A stretch of DNA of 64,000 nucleotides, from contig OZ024742.1 in the NCBI GenBank assembly GCA_964016885.1, forward strand, positions 368,342,001 to 368,406,000. The letters are read 5' to 3'. Numbering within the stretch: position 1 is the first letter of the stretch; each line of letters opens with the position of its first letter. Below the pieces are notes generated by a model, which worked only from the letters and a program-made list of their open reading frames with translations, was not told where the DNA came from and did not search any database. Shown here in pieces: positions 15,101 to 30,500 of the stretch. This DNA comes from Eledone cirrhosa (taxonomy: Eukaryota). The position numbers and the translations under genes were made by a program.

Positions 15101-18100
15101 CAATAGACACAACACCATATCTACCACAGGGTCAACATCTAGAGGCCTTGTCAATAGGGACAACACCTTATCTACCACAGGTCAAAATGTAGAGGTCTTG
15201 TCAATAGACACAACACAATATCTACCACAGGGTCAACATATACAGGTCTTGTCAAAAGATACAACACCATATCTACAACAGGGTCACCATCTAGAGGTCT
15301 TGTCAATAGAGACAACACCATATCTACCACAGGGTCAATATGTAGAGCTCTTGTCAATAGACACAACACCATATCTACCACAGGTCAACATGTAGATGTA
15401 TTGTCAATAGACACAACACCATATCTACCACAGGTCAACATCTAGAAGTCTTGTCAATAGACACAACACCATATCTACCAGTGAATCAATAGCTAGAGGC
15501 CTTGTCAATAGAGACAATACCATATCTACCAAAGGGTCAACATCTAGAAGTCTTGTCAATAGACACAACACCATATCTACCACAGGGTCAACATCTAGAA
15601 GTCTTGTCAATAGACACAACACCATATCTACCACAGGGTCAACATCTAGAGGCCTTGTCAATAGGGACAACACCTTATCTACCACAGGTCAACATGTAGA
15701 GGTCATGTCAATAGACACAACACCATATCTACCACAGGGTCAATATGTAGAGGTCTTGTCAATAGACACAACACCATATCTACCACAGGGTCAATATCCC
15801 GAGTTCTTGTCTATAGACACAACACCATATCTACCACAGGGTCAACATCTAGAGGTTTTGTCAATAGACACAACACCATATCCACGGGGTCAACATGTAG
15901 AGGTCTTGTCCTAATAAACAACACCATATCTACCACAGGGTCAAAATCTAGAGGTTTTGTCAAAAGACACAACACCATATCTACCACAGGGTCAACATCT
16001 AGAGGTCTTGTCAATAGAGACAACACCATATCTACCACAGGATCAATAGAGACAACACCATATCTACCACAGGGTCAACATGTGGAGGTATTGTCAATAG
16101 ACACAACACCATATCTACCACAGGTCAACATCTAGAGGTCTTGTCAATAGACACAACACCATATCTACCACAGGGTCAACATCAAGAAGTCTTGTCAGTA
16201 GACACAACACCATATCTACCACAGGGTCACCATCTAGAAGTCTTGTCAATAGACACAACACCATATCTACCACAGGCTCAACATCTAGAGGTATTGTCAA
16301 TAGACACAACACCATATCTACCACAGGTCAACATCTAGAAGTCTTATCAATAGACACAACACCATATCTACCACAGGGTCAACATCTAGAAGTCTTGTTA
16401 ATAGACAGAACACTATCTCTACCACAGGGTCAACATCTAGAGGTCTTGTCAATAGACACAACACCATATCTACCACAGGGTCACCATCCAGAGGTCTTGT
16501 CAATAGACAAAACACCATATCTTCCACAGCGTCAACATGTGGAGGTATTGTCAATAGAGACAACACCATATCTACCACAGGGTCAATATGTAGAGGTCTT
16601 GTCAATAGAGACAACACCATATCTGCCACAGGGTCAACATGTGGAATTGTGTCAATAATCAAAACACCATATCTACCACAGGGACAACATGTAGAGGTCT
16701 TGTCAATAGAGACAACACCAATTCTACCACAGGGTCACCATCTAGAAGTCTTGTCAATAGACACAACACCATATCTACCACAGGGTCAACATCTAGAAGT
16801 CTTGTCAATAGACAGAACTCTATCTCTACCACAGGGTCAACATCTAGAGGTCCTGTCAATAGACACAACACCATATCTACCACAGGGTCACCCTCTAGAT
16901 GTCTTGTCAAAAGACACAACACCATATCTACCACAGGGTCACCATCTAGAGGTCTTGTCAAAGAGACAACACCGTATCTACCACAGGGTCAATATGTAGA
17001 GCTCTTGTCACTAGACACAACACCATATCCACCACAGGGTCAACATGTAGATGTATTTTCAATAGACACAACACCATATCTACCACAGGTCAACATCTAG
17101 AAGTCTTGTCAATAGACACAACACCATATCTACCACAGGTCTTAATCTAAAAAGAGGTTTTGTCAATAGATAAAACACAATATCTATCACAGGGTCAACA
17201 TATAGAGATCTTGTCAAAAGACACAACACCATGTCTACCACAGGGACACCATCTAGAGATCTTGTCAAAAGACACAACACCATATCTACCACAAGATCAA
17301 TATGTAGAGGTCTTGGCAATAGACACAACACCATATCTACCACAAGGTCAATATTTAGAGCTCTTGTCAATAGACACAACACCATATCTACCACGGGGTC
17401 AACATCTAGATGTCTTGTCAATAGACACAAAACCATATCTACCACAGAGTCAACATGTAGAGGTCTTGTCAATAGTCACACACCTTATCTACCACAGGGA
17501 TAACATGTAGAGGTCTTGTCAAAATACACAACACCATATCTACCACGGGGTCAACATCTAGAGATCATTGTCAAAAGACACAACACCATATCTACCACAG
17601 GGTCAACATCTAGAGGTCTTGTCAATAGACACAACACAATCTCTACCACAAGGTCACCATCTAGAAGTCTTGTCAAAAGACACAACACCATATCTACCAC
17701 AGGGTCAGCATGTAGAGGTCTTGTCAAAAGACACAACACCATATCTACCACAGGGTCACCATCTAGAGGTCTTGTCAATAAAGACAACACCATATCTACC
17801 ACAGGGTCAACATCTAGAGGTCTTGTCAATAGACACAACATCATATCTACCACAGGGTCAATATGTAGAGGTCTTGTCAATAGACACAACACCATATCTA
17901 CCACAGGGTCAACATGTAGAGGTCTTGTCAATAGACACAACACCATATCTACCACAGGGTCAATATGTAGAGGTCTTGTCAAAAGACACAACACCATATC
18001 TACCACAGGGTCAACATGTAGAGGTCTTGTCAATAAACACAACACTATCACTACCACAGGGTCAACATTTAGAGGTCTTGTCAATAGACACAACACCATA

Positions 18101-21100
18101 TCTACCACAGGGTCAATATGTAGAGGTCTTGGCAATAGACACAACACCATATCTACCACAGGTCAAGATCTAGAGGTTTTGTCAATAGACACAACACCAT
18201 ATCTACCACAGGGTCAACATGTATAGCTCTTGGCAATAGACACAACACCATATCTACCACAAGGTCAATATTTAGAGCTCTTGTCAATAGACACAACACC
18301 ATATCTACCACGGGGTCAACATCTAGAGGTCTTGTCTATAGACACAACACCATATCTACCACAGAGTCAACATGTAGAGGTCTTGTCAATAGACACACAC
18401 CTTAGCTACCACAGGGATAACATGTAGATGTATTGTCAAAATACACAACACCATATCTACCACGGGGTCAACATCTAGAGGTCATTGTCAAAAGACACCA
18501 CACCATATCTACCACAGGGTCAACATCTAGAGGTCTTGTCAATAGACACAACACAATCTCTACCACAAGGTCACCATCTAGAAGTCTTGTCAAAAGACAC
18601 AACACCATATCTACCACAGGGTCAGCATGTAGAGGTCTTGTCAAAAGACACAACACCATATCTACCACAGGGTCACCATCTAGAGGTCTTGTCAATAGAG
18701 ACAACACCATATCTACCACAGGGTCAACATCTAGAGGTCTTGTCAATAAACACAACATCATATCTACCACAGGGTCAATATGTAGAGGTCTTGTCAATAG
18801 ACACAACACCATATCTACCACAGGGTCAACATGTAGAGGTCTTGTCAATAGACACAACACCATATCTACCACAGGGTCAACATGTAGAGGTCTTGTCAAA
18901 AGACACAACACCATATCTACCACAGGGTCAACATGTAGAGGTCTTGTCAATAAACACAACACTATCACTACCACAGGGTCAACATTTAGAGGTCTTGTCA
19001 ATAGACACAACACCATATCTACCAAAGGGTCAATATGTAGAGGTCTTGGCAATAGACACAACACCATATCTACCACAGGTCAAGATCTAGAGGTTTTGTC
19101 AATAGACACAACACCATATCTACCACAGGGTCAACATGTATAGCTCTTGGCAATAGACACAACACCATATCTACCACAAGGTCAATATTTAGAGCTCTTG
19201 TCAATAGACACAACACCATATCTACCACGGGGTCAACATCTAGAGGTCTTGTCAATAGACACAACACCATATCTACCACAGAGTCAACATGTAGAGGTCT
19301 TGTCAATAGACACACACCTTAGCTACCACAGGGATAACATGTAGATGTATTGTCAAAATACACAACACCATATCTACCACGGGGTCAACATCTAGAGGTC
19401 ATTGTCAAAAGACACAACACCATATCTACCACAGGGTCAACATCTAGAGGTCTTGTCAATAGACACAACACAATCTCTACCACAAGGTCACCATCTAGAA
19501 GTCTTGTCAAAAGACACAACACCATATCTACCACAGGGTCAGCATGTAGAGGTCTTGTCAAAAGACACAACACCATATCTACCACAGGGTCACCATCTAG
19601 AGGTCTTGTCAATAGAGACAACACCATATCTACCACAGGGTCAACATCTAGAGGTCTTGTCAATAAACACAACATCATATCTACCACAGGGTCAATATGT
19701 AGAGGTCTTGTCAATAGACACAACACCATATCTACCACAGGGTCAACATGTAGAGGTCTTGTCAATAGACACAACACCATATCTACCACAGGGTCAACAT
19801 GTAGAGGTCTTGTCAAAAGAGACAACACCATATCTACCACAGAGTCAACATCTAGAGATCTGTTCAATAGACACAACACTATCACTACCACAGGGTCAAC
19901 ATTTAGAGGTCTTGTCAATAGACACAACACAATATCTACCACAGGGTCAATATGTAGAGGTCTTGGCAATAGACACAACACCATATCTACCACAGGGTCA
20001 ACATCTAGAGGTCTTGTCAAAAGACACAACACCATATCTGCCACAGGGTCACCATCTAGAGATCTTGTCAAAAGACACAACCCCATATCTTCCACAGGGT
20101 CACCATCTAGAGGTCTTGTCAAAAAACACAACAACATATCTACCACAGGGTCAACATCTGGAGGTCTTGTCAATAGACACAACACATTCTCTACCACAGG
20201 GTCAACATTTAGATTTCTTGTCAATAGACACAACACCATATCTACCACAGGGTCAATATGTAGAGGTCTTGTCAATAGGGACAACACCTTATCTAACACA
20301 GGGAAACATGTAGAGTTCTTGTCAATAGACACAACACCATATCTACCAGTCGGTCAATAGCTACAGGCCCTGTCAATAGAGACAACACCATATCTACCAC
20401 AGGGTCAACATCTAGAGGTCTTGTCAATAGACACAACACCATATCTACCACAGGGTCAACATTTACAGGTCTTGTCAAAAGACACAACACCATATCTACA
20501 ACAGGGTCACCATCTAGAGGTCTTGTCAATAGAGACAACACCATATCTACCACAGGGTCAACATCTAGAGGTCTTGTCAATAGACACAACACCTTATTTA
20601 CCAAAACGTCAACATGTAGAGGTCCTGTCAATAAACACAACACCATATCTACCACAGGATCAATATCTAGAGTTCTTGTCAATAGACACAACACCATATC
20701 TACCACAACGTCAACATCTAGAGGTTTTGTCAATAGACACAACACCATATCGACCACAGGGACAACATGTAGATGTCTTGTCAAAATACACAACACCATA
20801 TCTACCACAGGCTCAACCTCTAGAGGTGTTGTCAAAAGACACAACACCATATCTACCACAGTCTCAACATCTAGAGGTCTTGTCAAAATACACAACACCA
20901 GATCTACCACAGGGTCAATATGTAGAGGTCTTGTCAATAGACACAACACCATATCTACCACAGGTCAACATGTAGAGGTCTTGTCAATAGACACCACACC
21001 ATATCCACCACAGGGTCAACATGTAGAGGTCTTGTCAATAAACACAACACCATATCTACCACAGGGTCAACATCTAGAGGCCTTGTCAATAGGGACAACA

Positions 21101-23048
21101 CCTTATGTACCACAGGTGAACATGTAGAGGTCTTGTCAATAGACACAACACCATATCTACCACAGGGTCAATATGTAGAGGTCTTGTCAATAGACACAAC
21201 ACCATATCTGCCACAGGGTCAACATGTAGAGGTCTTGTCAATAGACACAACCCCACATCTACAACAGGGACAACATCTAGAGATCTTGTCAAAAGACACA
21301 ACATCATATCTTCCACAGGGTCACCATCTAGAGGTCTTGTCAATAGACAAAATACCATATCTACCACAGGGTCAACATGTGGAGGTCTTGTCAATAGTCA
21401 CAACACCATATCTACCACAGGTTCAATATCTAGAGTTCTTGTCAATAGACACAACACCATATCTACCACAGGGTCAACATCTAGAGGTTTTGTCAATAGA
21501 CACAACACCATATCTCCCCCAGGGACAACATGTAGAGGTCTTGTCAAAATACACAACACCATATCTACCACAGGGTCAAAATCTAGAGGTCTTGTCAAAA
21601 GACACAACACCATATCTACCACAGGCTCAACATCTAGAGGTGTTGTCAAAAGACACAACACCATATCTACCACAGGGTCAAAATCTAGAGGTCTTGTCAA
21701 AATACACAACACCATGTCTACAACAGGGTCAATATGTAGAGGTCTTGTTAATAGACACAACACCATATCTACCACAGGTCAACATGTAGAGGTCTTGTCA
21801 ATAGACACCACACCATATCTACCACAGGGTCAACATGTAGAGGTCTTGTCAATAAACACAACACCATATCTACCACAGGGTCAACATCTAGAGGTCTTGT
21901 CAATAGACACAACACCATATCTGCCACAGGGTCAACATCTAGAGGCCTTGTCAATAGGGACAACACCTTATGTACCACAGGTCAACATGTAGAGGTCTTG
22001 TCAATAGACACAACACCATATCTACCACAGGGTCAATATGTAGAGGTCTTGTCAATAGACACAACACCATATCTGCCACAGGGTCAACATGTAGAGGTCT
22101 TGTCAATAGACACAACACCATATCTACCACAGGGACAACATCTAGAGATCATGTCAAAAGACACAACATCATATCTTCCACAGGGTCACCATCTAGAGGT
22201 CTTGTCAAAAAACACAACAACATATCTACCACAAGGTCAACATCTAGAGATCTTGTCAATAGACACAACACATTCTCTACCACAGGGGCAACATTTAGAG
22301 GTCTTCTCAATAGACACAACACCATATCTACCACAGGGTCAAAATGTAGAGGTCTTGTCAATAGAGACAACACCATATCTAGCACAGGGTCAACATGTGG
22401 AGGACTTGTCAATAGATACAACAGCATATCTACCACAGGGACAACATCTAGAGGCCTTGTCAATAGGGACAACACCTTATCTAACACAGGGAAACATGTA
22501 GAGTTCTTGTCAATAGACACATCACCATATCTACCAGTGGGTCAATAGCTAGAGGCCTTGTCAATAGAGACAACACCATATCTACCACAGGGTCAACATG
22601 TAGAGGTCTTGTCAATAGAAACAACACCATATCTACCACAGGGTCAACATCTAGAGGTCGTGTCAATAGACACAACACCATATCTACCACAGGTCAACAT
22701 GTAGAGGTCTTGTCAATAGACACCACACCATATCTACCACAGGGTCAACATGTAGAGGTCTTGTCAATAAACACAACACCATATCTACCACAGGGTCAAC
22801 ATCTAGAGGCCTTGTCAATAGGGACAACACCTTATGTACCACAGGTGAACATGTAGAGGTCTTGTCAATAGACACAACACCATATCTACCACAGGGTCAA
22901 CATCTAGAGGTTTTGTCAATAGACACAACACCATATCTACCCCAGGGACAACATGTAGAGGTCTTGTCAAAATACACAACACCATATCTACCACAGGGTC
23001 AAAATCTAGAGGTCTTGTCAAAAGACACAACACCATATCTACCACAGG
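3151..23048. repeat. 9956-bp tandem duplication within the 51-bp satellite (copies ~3151-13092 and ~13107-23048)
   Basis: ORF track entries recur at a constant +9956 offset (3330>13286, 7560>17516, 12906>22862). Rare variant monomers match. Differences seen: 8543 A vs 18499 C, and 9865 C vs 19821 G. Confidence 0.95.
7350..9900. repeat. 917-bp (18-monomer) higher-order repeat, ~2.7 copies (repeated again at +9956)
   Basis: ORF starts at 7560, 8477 and 9394 (offset 917). Shared diagnostic monomers GGGATAACATG, CATTGTCAAAAG and GGTCAGCATG. Boundaries approximate. Confidence 0.9.
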
Positions 23049-23824
23049 CTCAAAATCTAGAGGTGTTGTCAAAAGACACAACACCATATCTACCACAGGC
23101 TCAACATCTAGAGGTCTTGTCAATAGACACAACGCCATATCTACCACTGGGTCACCATCTCGAGGTCTTGTCAATAGTCACAACACCATATCTACCACAG
23201 GTTCAATATCTAGAGTTCTTGTCAATAGACACAACACCATATCTACCACAGGGTCAACATCTAGAGGTTTTGTCAATAGACACAACACCATATCTACCCC
23301 AGGGACTTGTAGAGGTCTTGTCAAAATACACAACACCATATCTACCACAGGGTCAAAATCTAGAGGTCTTGTCAAAAGACACAACACCATATCTACCACA
23401 GGCTCAACATCTAGAGGTGTTGTCAAAAGACACAACACCATATCTACCACAGGGTCAAAATCTAGAGGTCTTGTCAAAATACACAAAACCATGTCTACAA
23501 CAGGGTCAATATGTAGAGGTCTTGTCAATAGACACAACACCATATCTACCACAGGTCAACATGTAGAGGTCTTGTCAATAGACACCACACCATATCTACC
23601 ACAGGGTCAACATGTAGAGGTCTTGTCAATAAACACAACACCATATCTACCACAGGGTCAACATCTAGATGTCTTCTCAATAGACACAACACTATCTCTA
23701 CCACAGGGTCAACATCTAGAGGTCTTGTCAATAGACACAACACCATATCTACCACAGGGTCAACATCTAGAGGCCTTGTCAATAGGGACAACACCTTATG
23801 TACCACAGGTCAACATGTAGAGGT

Positions 23825-24740
23825 CTTGTCAATAGACACAACACCATATCTACCACAGGGACAACATCTAGAGATCATGTCAAAAGACACAACATCATAT
23901 CTTCCACAGGGTCACCATCTAGTGGTCTTGTCAAAAAACACAACAACATATCTACCACAAGGTCAACATCTAGAGATCTTGTCAATAGACACAACACATT
24001 CTCTACCACAGGGGCAACATTTAGAGGTCTTGTCAATAGACACAACACCATATCTACCACAGGGTCAAAATGTAGAGGTCTTGTCAATAGAGACAACACC
24101 ATATCTAGCACAGGGTCAACATGTAGAGGTCTTGTCAATAGACACAACACCATATCTACCACAGGGACAACATCTAGAGATCATGTCAAAAGACACAACA
24201 TCATATCTTCCACAGGGTCACCATCTAGTGGTCTTGTCAAAAAACACAACAACATATCTACCACAAGGTCAACATCTAGAGATCTTGTCAATAGACACAA
24301 CACATTCTCTACCACAGGGGCAACATTTAGAGGTCTTGTCAATAGACACAACACCATATCTACCACAGGGTCAATATGTAGAGGTCTTGTCAATAGACAC
24401 AACACCATATCTGCCACAGGGTCAACATGTAGAGGTCTTGTCAATAGACACAACACCATATCTACCACAGGGACAACATCTAGAGATCATGTCAAAAGAC
24501 ACAACATCATATCTTCCACAGGGTCACCATCTAGTGGTCTTGTCAAAAAACACAACAACATATCTACCACAAGGTCAACATCTAGAGATCTTGTCAATAG
24601 ACACAACACATTCTCTACCACAGGGGCAACATTTAGAGGTCTTGTCAATAGACACAACACCATATCTACCACAGGGTCAAAATGTAGAGGTCTTGTCAAT
24701 AGAGACAACACCATATCTAGCACAGGGTCAACATGTGGAG
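23825..24740. repeat. 306-bp (6-monomer) higher-order repeat x3
   Basis: ORF ends at 23875, 24181 and 24487 (offset 306). The private variant CTAGTGGTC occurs once per copy. Confidence 0.9.
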
Positions 24741-27514
24741 GACTTGTCAATAGATACAACAGCATATCTACCACAGGGAAACATCTAGAGGCCTTGTCAA
24801 TAGGGACAACACCTTATCTAACACAGGGAAACATGTAGAGTTCTTGTCAATAGACACATCACCATATCTACCAGTGGGTCAATAGCTAGAGGCCTTGTCA
24901 ATAGAGACAACACCATATCTACCACAGGGTCAACATGTAGAGGTCTTGTCAATAGAAACAACACCATATCTACCACAGGGTCAACATCTAGAGGTCGTGT
25001 CAATAGACACAACACCATATCTACCACAGGTCAACATGTAGAGGTCTTGTCAATAGACACCACACCATATCTACCACAGGGTCATCATCTAGAGGCCTTG
25101 TCAATAGGGACAACACCTTATGTACCACAGGTGAACATGTAGAGGTCTTGTCAATAGACACAACACCATATCTACCACAGGGTCAACATCTAGATGTCTT
25201 GTCAATAGACACAACGCCATATCTACCACAGGGTCACCATCTCGAGGTCTTGTCAATAGACACAACACCATATCTACCCCAGGGACAACATGTAGAGGTC
25301 TTGTCAAAATACACAACACCATATCTACCACAGGGTCAAAATCTAGAGGTCTTGTCAAAAGACACAACACCATATCTACCACAGGCTCAACATCTAGAGG
25401 TGTTGTCAAAAGACACAACACCATATCTACCACAGGGTCAAAATCTAGAGGTCTTGTCAAAATACACAAAACCATGTCTACAACAGGGTCAATATGTAGA
25501 GGTCTTGTCAATAGACACAACACCATATCTACCACAGGTCAACATGTAGAGGTCTTGTCAATAGACACCACACCATATCTACCACAGGGTCAACATGTAG
25601 AGGTCTTGTCAATAAACACAACACCATATCTACCACAGGGTCAACATCTAGATGTCTTCTCAATAGACACAACACAATCTCTACCACAGGGTCAACATCT
25701 AGAGGTCTTGTCAATAGACACAACACCATATCTACCACAGGGTCAACATCTAGAGGCCTTGTCAATAGGGACAACACCTTATGTACCACAGGTCAACATG
25801 TAGAGGTCTTGTCAATAGACACAACACCATATCTACCACAGGGTCAATATGTAGAGGTCTTGTCAATAGACACAAAACCATATCTGCCACAGGGTCAACA
25901 TGTAGAGGTCTTGTCAATAGACACAACACCATATCTACCACAGGGACAACATCTAGAGATCATGTCAAAAGACACAACATCATATCTTCCACAGGGTCAC
26001 CATCTAGAGGTCTTGTCAAAAAACACAACAACATATCTACCACAAGGTCAACATCTAGAGATCTTGTCAATAGACACAACACATTCTTTACCACAGGGGC
26101 AACATTTAGAGGTCTTGTCAATAGACACAACACCACATCTACCACAGGGTCAAAATGTAGAGGTCTTGTCAATAGAGACAACACCATATCTAGCACAGGG
26201 TCAACATGTGGAGGACTTGTCAATAGATACAACAGCATATCTACCACAGGGACAACATCTAGAGGCCTTGTCAATAGGGACAACACCTTATCTAACACAG
26301 GGAAACATGTAGAGTTCTTGTCAATAGACACATCACCATATCTACCAGTGGGTCAATAGCTAGAGGCCTTGTCAATAGAGACAACACCATATCTACCACA
26401 GGGTCAACATGTAGAGGTCTTGTCAATAGAAACAACACCATATCTACCACAGGGTCAACATCTAGAGGTCGTGTCAATAGACACAACACAATATCTACCA
26501 CAGGTCAACATGTAGAGGTCTTGTCAATAGACACAACAGCTTATTTACCACAACGTCAACATGTAGAGGTCCTATCAATAAACACAACACCATATCTACC
26601 ACAGGATAAATATCTAGAGTTCTTGTCAATAGACACAACACAATATCTACCACAGGGTCAACATCTAGAGGTTTTGTCAATAGACACAACACCATATCGA
26701 CCACAGGGACAACATGTAGAGGTCTTGTCAAAATACACAACACCATATCTACCACAGGGTCAAAATCTAGAGGTCTTGTCAAAAGACACAACACCATATC
26801 TACCACAGGCTCAACATCTAGAGGTCTTGTCAATAGACAAAATACCATATCTACCACAGGGTCAACATGTGGAGGTCTTGTCAATAGTCACAACACCATA
26901 TCTACAACAGGTTCAATATCTAGAGTTCTTGTCAATAGACACAAAACCATATCGACCACAGGGTCAAAATCTAGAGGTCTTGTCAAAAGACACAACACCA
27001 TATCTACCACAGGCTCAACATCTAGAGGTGTTGTCAAAAGACACAACACCATATCTACCACAGGGTCAAAATCTAGAGGTCTTGTCAAAATACACAGCAC
27101 CATGTCTACAACAGGGTCAATATGTAGAGGTCTTGTCAATAGACACAACACCATATCTACCACAGGTCAACATGTAGAGGTCTTGTCAATAGACACCACA
27201 GCATATCTACCACAGGGTCAACATGTAGAGGTCTTGTCAATAAACACAACAACATATCTACCACAGGGTCAACATCTAGATGTCTTCTCAATAGACACAA
27301 CACTATATCTACCACAGGGTCAACATCTAGAGGTCTTGTCAATAGACACAACACCATATCTACCACAGGGTCAACATCTAGAGGCCTTGTCAATAGGGAC
27401 AACACCTTATGTACCACAGGTCAACATGTAGAGGTCTTGTCAATAGACACAACACCATATCTACCACAGGGTCAATATGTAGAGGTCTTGTCAATAGACA
27501 CAACACCATATCTG

Positions 27515-30500
27515 CCACAGGGTCAACATGTAGAGGTCTTGTCAATAGACACAACACCATATCTACCACAGGGACAACATCTAGAGATCATGTCAAAAGA
27601 CACAACATCATATCTTCCACAGGGTCACCATCTAGAGGTCTTGTCAAAAAACACAACAACATATCTACCACAAGGGCAACATCTAGAGATCTTGTCAATA
27701 GACACAACACATTCTCTACCACAGGGGCAACATTTAGAGGTCTTGTCAATAGACACAACACCATATTTACCACAGGGTCAAAATGTAGAGGTCTTGTCAA
27801 TAGAGACAACACCATATCTAGCACAGGGTCAACATGTGGAGGACTTGTCAATAGATACAACAGCATATCTACCACAGGGACAACATCTAGAGGCCTTGTC
27901 AATAGGGACAACACCTTATCTAACACAGGGAAACATGTAGAGTTCTTGTCAATAGACACATCACCATATCTACCAGTGGGTCAATAGCCAGAGGCCTTGT
28001 CAATAGAGACAACACCATATCTACCACAGGGTCAACATGTAGAGGTCTTGTCAATAGAAACAACACCATATCTACAACAGGGTCAACATCTAGAGGTCGT
28101 GTCAATAGACACAACACAATATCTACCACAGGTCAACAAATAGAGGTCTTGTCAATAGACACAACACCATATCTACCACAGGGTCAATATGTAGAGGTCT
28201 TGTCAATAGACACAACACCATATCTACCACAGGGTCAACATGTAGAGGTCTTGTCAATAGACACAACACCATATCTACCACAGGTTCAACATGTAGAGAT
28301 CTTGTCAATAAACACAACACCATATCTACCACAGGGTCAATACCTAGAGTTCTTGTCAATAGACACATTACCATATCTACCACAGGGCCAACATCTAGAG
28401 GTTTTCTCAATAGACTCAACACCATGTCTACCACAGGGAAAACATGTAGAGGTCTTGTCAAAATACACAACACCATATCTACCAGTGGGTCAATAGCTAG
28501 AGGCCGTGTCAATAGAGACAACACCATATCTACCACAGGGTCAACATGTAGAGGTCTTGTCGATAGAAACAACACCATATCTACCACAGTGTCAACATCT
28601 AGAGTTCTAGTCAATAGGGACAACACCATGTCTACCACAGGGTCCACATCTAGAGGTCTTGTCAATAGACACAACACCAAATCTACCACAGGGTCAACAT
28701 CTAGAGGCCTTGTCAATAGGGACAACACCTTATCTACCACAGGTCAAAGTGTAGAGGTCTTGTCAATAGACACAACATCATATCTACCACAGGGTCAACG
28801 TGTAGAGGTCTTGTCAATAGACACAACACCATATCTACCACAGGGTCAACATGTAGAGGTCTTGTCAAAAGACACAACACCATATCTACAACAGGGTCAC
28901 CATCTAGAGGTCTTGTCAATAGAGACAACACCATATCTACCACAGGGTCAACATCTAGAGGGCTTGTCAATAGACACAACAGCTTATTTACCACAACGTC
29001 AACATGTAGAGGTCCTATCAATAAACACAACACCATATCTACCACAGGATAAATATCTAGAGTTCTTGTCAATAGACACAACACAATATCTACCACAGGG
29101 TTAACATCTAGAGGTTTTGTCAATAGACACAACACCATATCGACCACAGGGACAACATGTAGAGGTCTTGTCAAAATACACAACACCATATCTACCACAG
29201 GGTCAAAATCTAGAGGTCTTTTCAAAAGACACAACACCATATCTACCACAGGCTCAACATCTAGAGGTCTTGTCAATAGACACAACACCATATCTACCAC
29301 AGGGTCAACATGTGGAGGTCTTGTCAATAGTCACAACACCATATCTACAACAGGTTCAATATCTAGAGTTCTTGTCAATAGACACAAAACCATATCGACC
29401 ACAGGGTCAACATCTAGAGGTTTTGTCAATAGACACAACACCATATCTACCACAGGGACAACATGTAGAGGACTTGTCAAAATACACAACACCATATCTA
29501 CCACAGGGTCAAAATCTAGAGGTCTTGTCAAAATACACAACACCATATCTACAACAGGGTCAATACGTAGAGGTCTTGTCAATAGACACAACACCATATC
29601 TACCGCAGGTCAACATGTAGAGGTCTTGTCAATAGACACCACACCATATCTACCACAGGGTCAACATGTAGAGGTCTTGTCAATAAACACAACACTATAT
29701 CTACCACAGGGTCAACATCTAGATGTCTTCTCAATAGACACAACACTATCTCTACCACAGGGTCAAAATCTAGAGGTCTTGTCAATAGACACAACACCAT
29801 ATCTACCACAGGGTCAACATCTAGAGGCCTTGTCAATAGGGACAACACCTTATGTACCACAGGTCAACATGTAGAGGTCTTGTCAATTGACACAACATCT
29901 TATCTACCACAGGGTCAATATGTATAGGTCTTGTCAAAAGACACAACACCATATCTACCACAGGGTCAACATGTAGAGGTCTTGTCAATAGACACAACAC
30001 CATATCTACCACAGGGACAACATCTAGAGATCATGTCAAAAGACACAACATCATATCTTCCACAGGGTCACCATCTAGAGGTCTTGTCAAAAAACACAAC
30101 AACATATCTACCACAAGGGCAACATCTAGAGATCTTGTCAATAGACACAACACATTCTCTACCACAGGGGCAACATTTAGAGGTCTTGTCAATAGACACA
30201 ACACCATATTTACCACAGGGTCAAAATGTAGAGGTCTTGTCAATAGAGACAACACCATATCTAGCACAGGGTCAACATGTGGAGGACTTGTCAATAGATA
30301 CAACAGCATATCTACCACAGGGACAACATCTAGAGGCCTTGTCAATAGGGACAACACCTTATCTAACACAGGGAAACATGTAGAGTTCTTGTCAATAGAC
30401 ACATCACCATATCTACCAGTGGGTCAATAGCCAGAGGCCTTGTCAATAGAGACAACACCATATCTACCACAGGGTCAACATGTAGAGGTCTTGTCAATAG

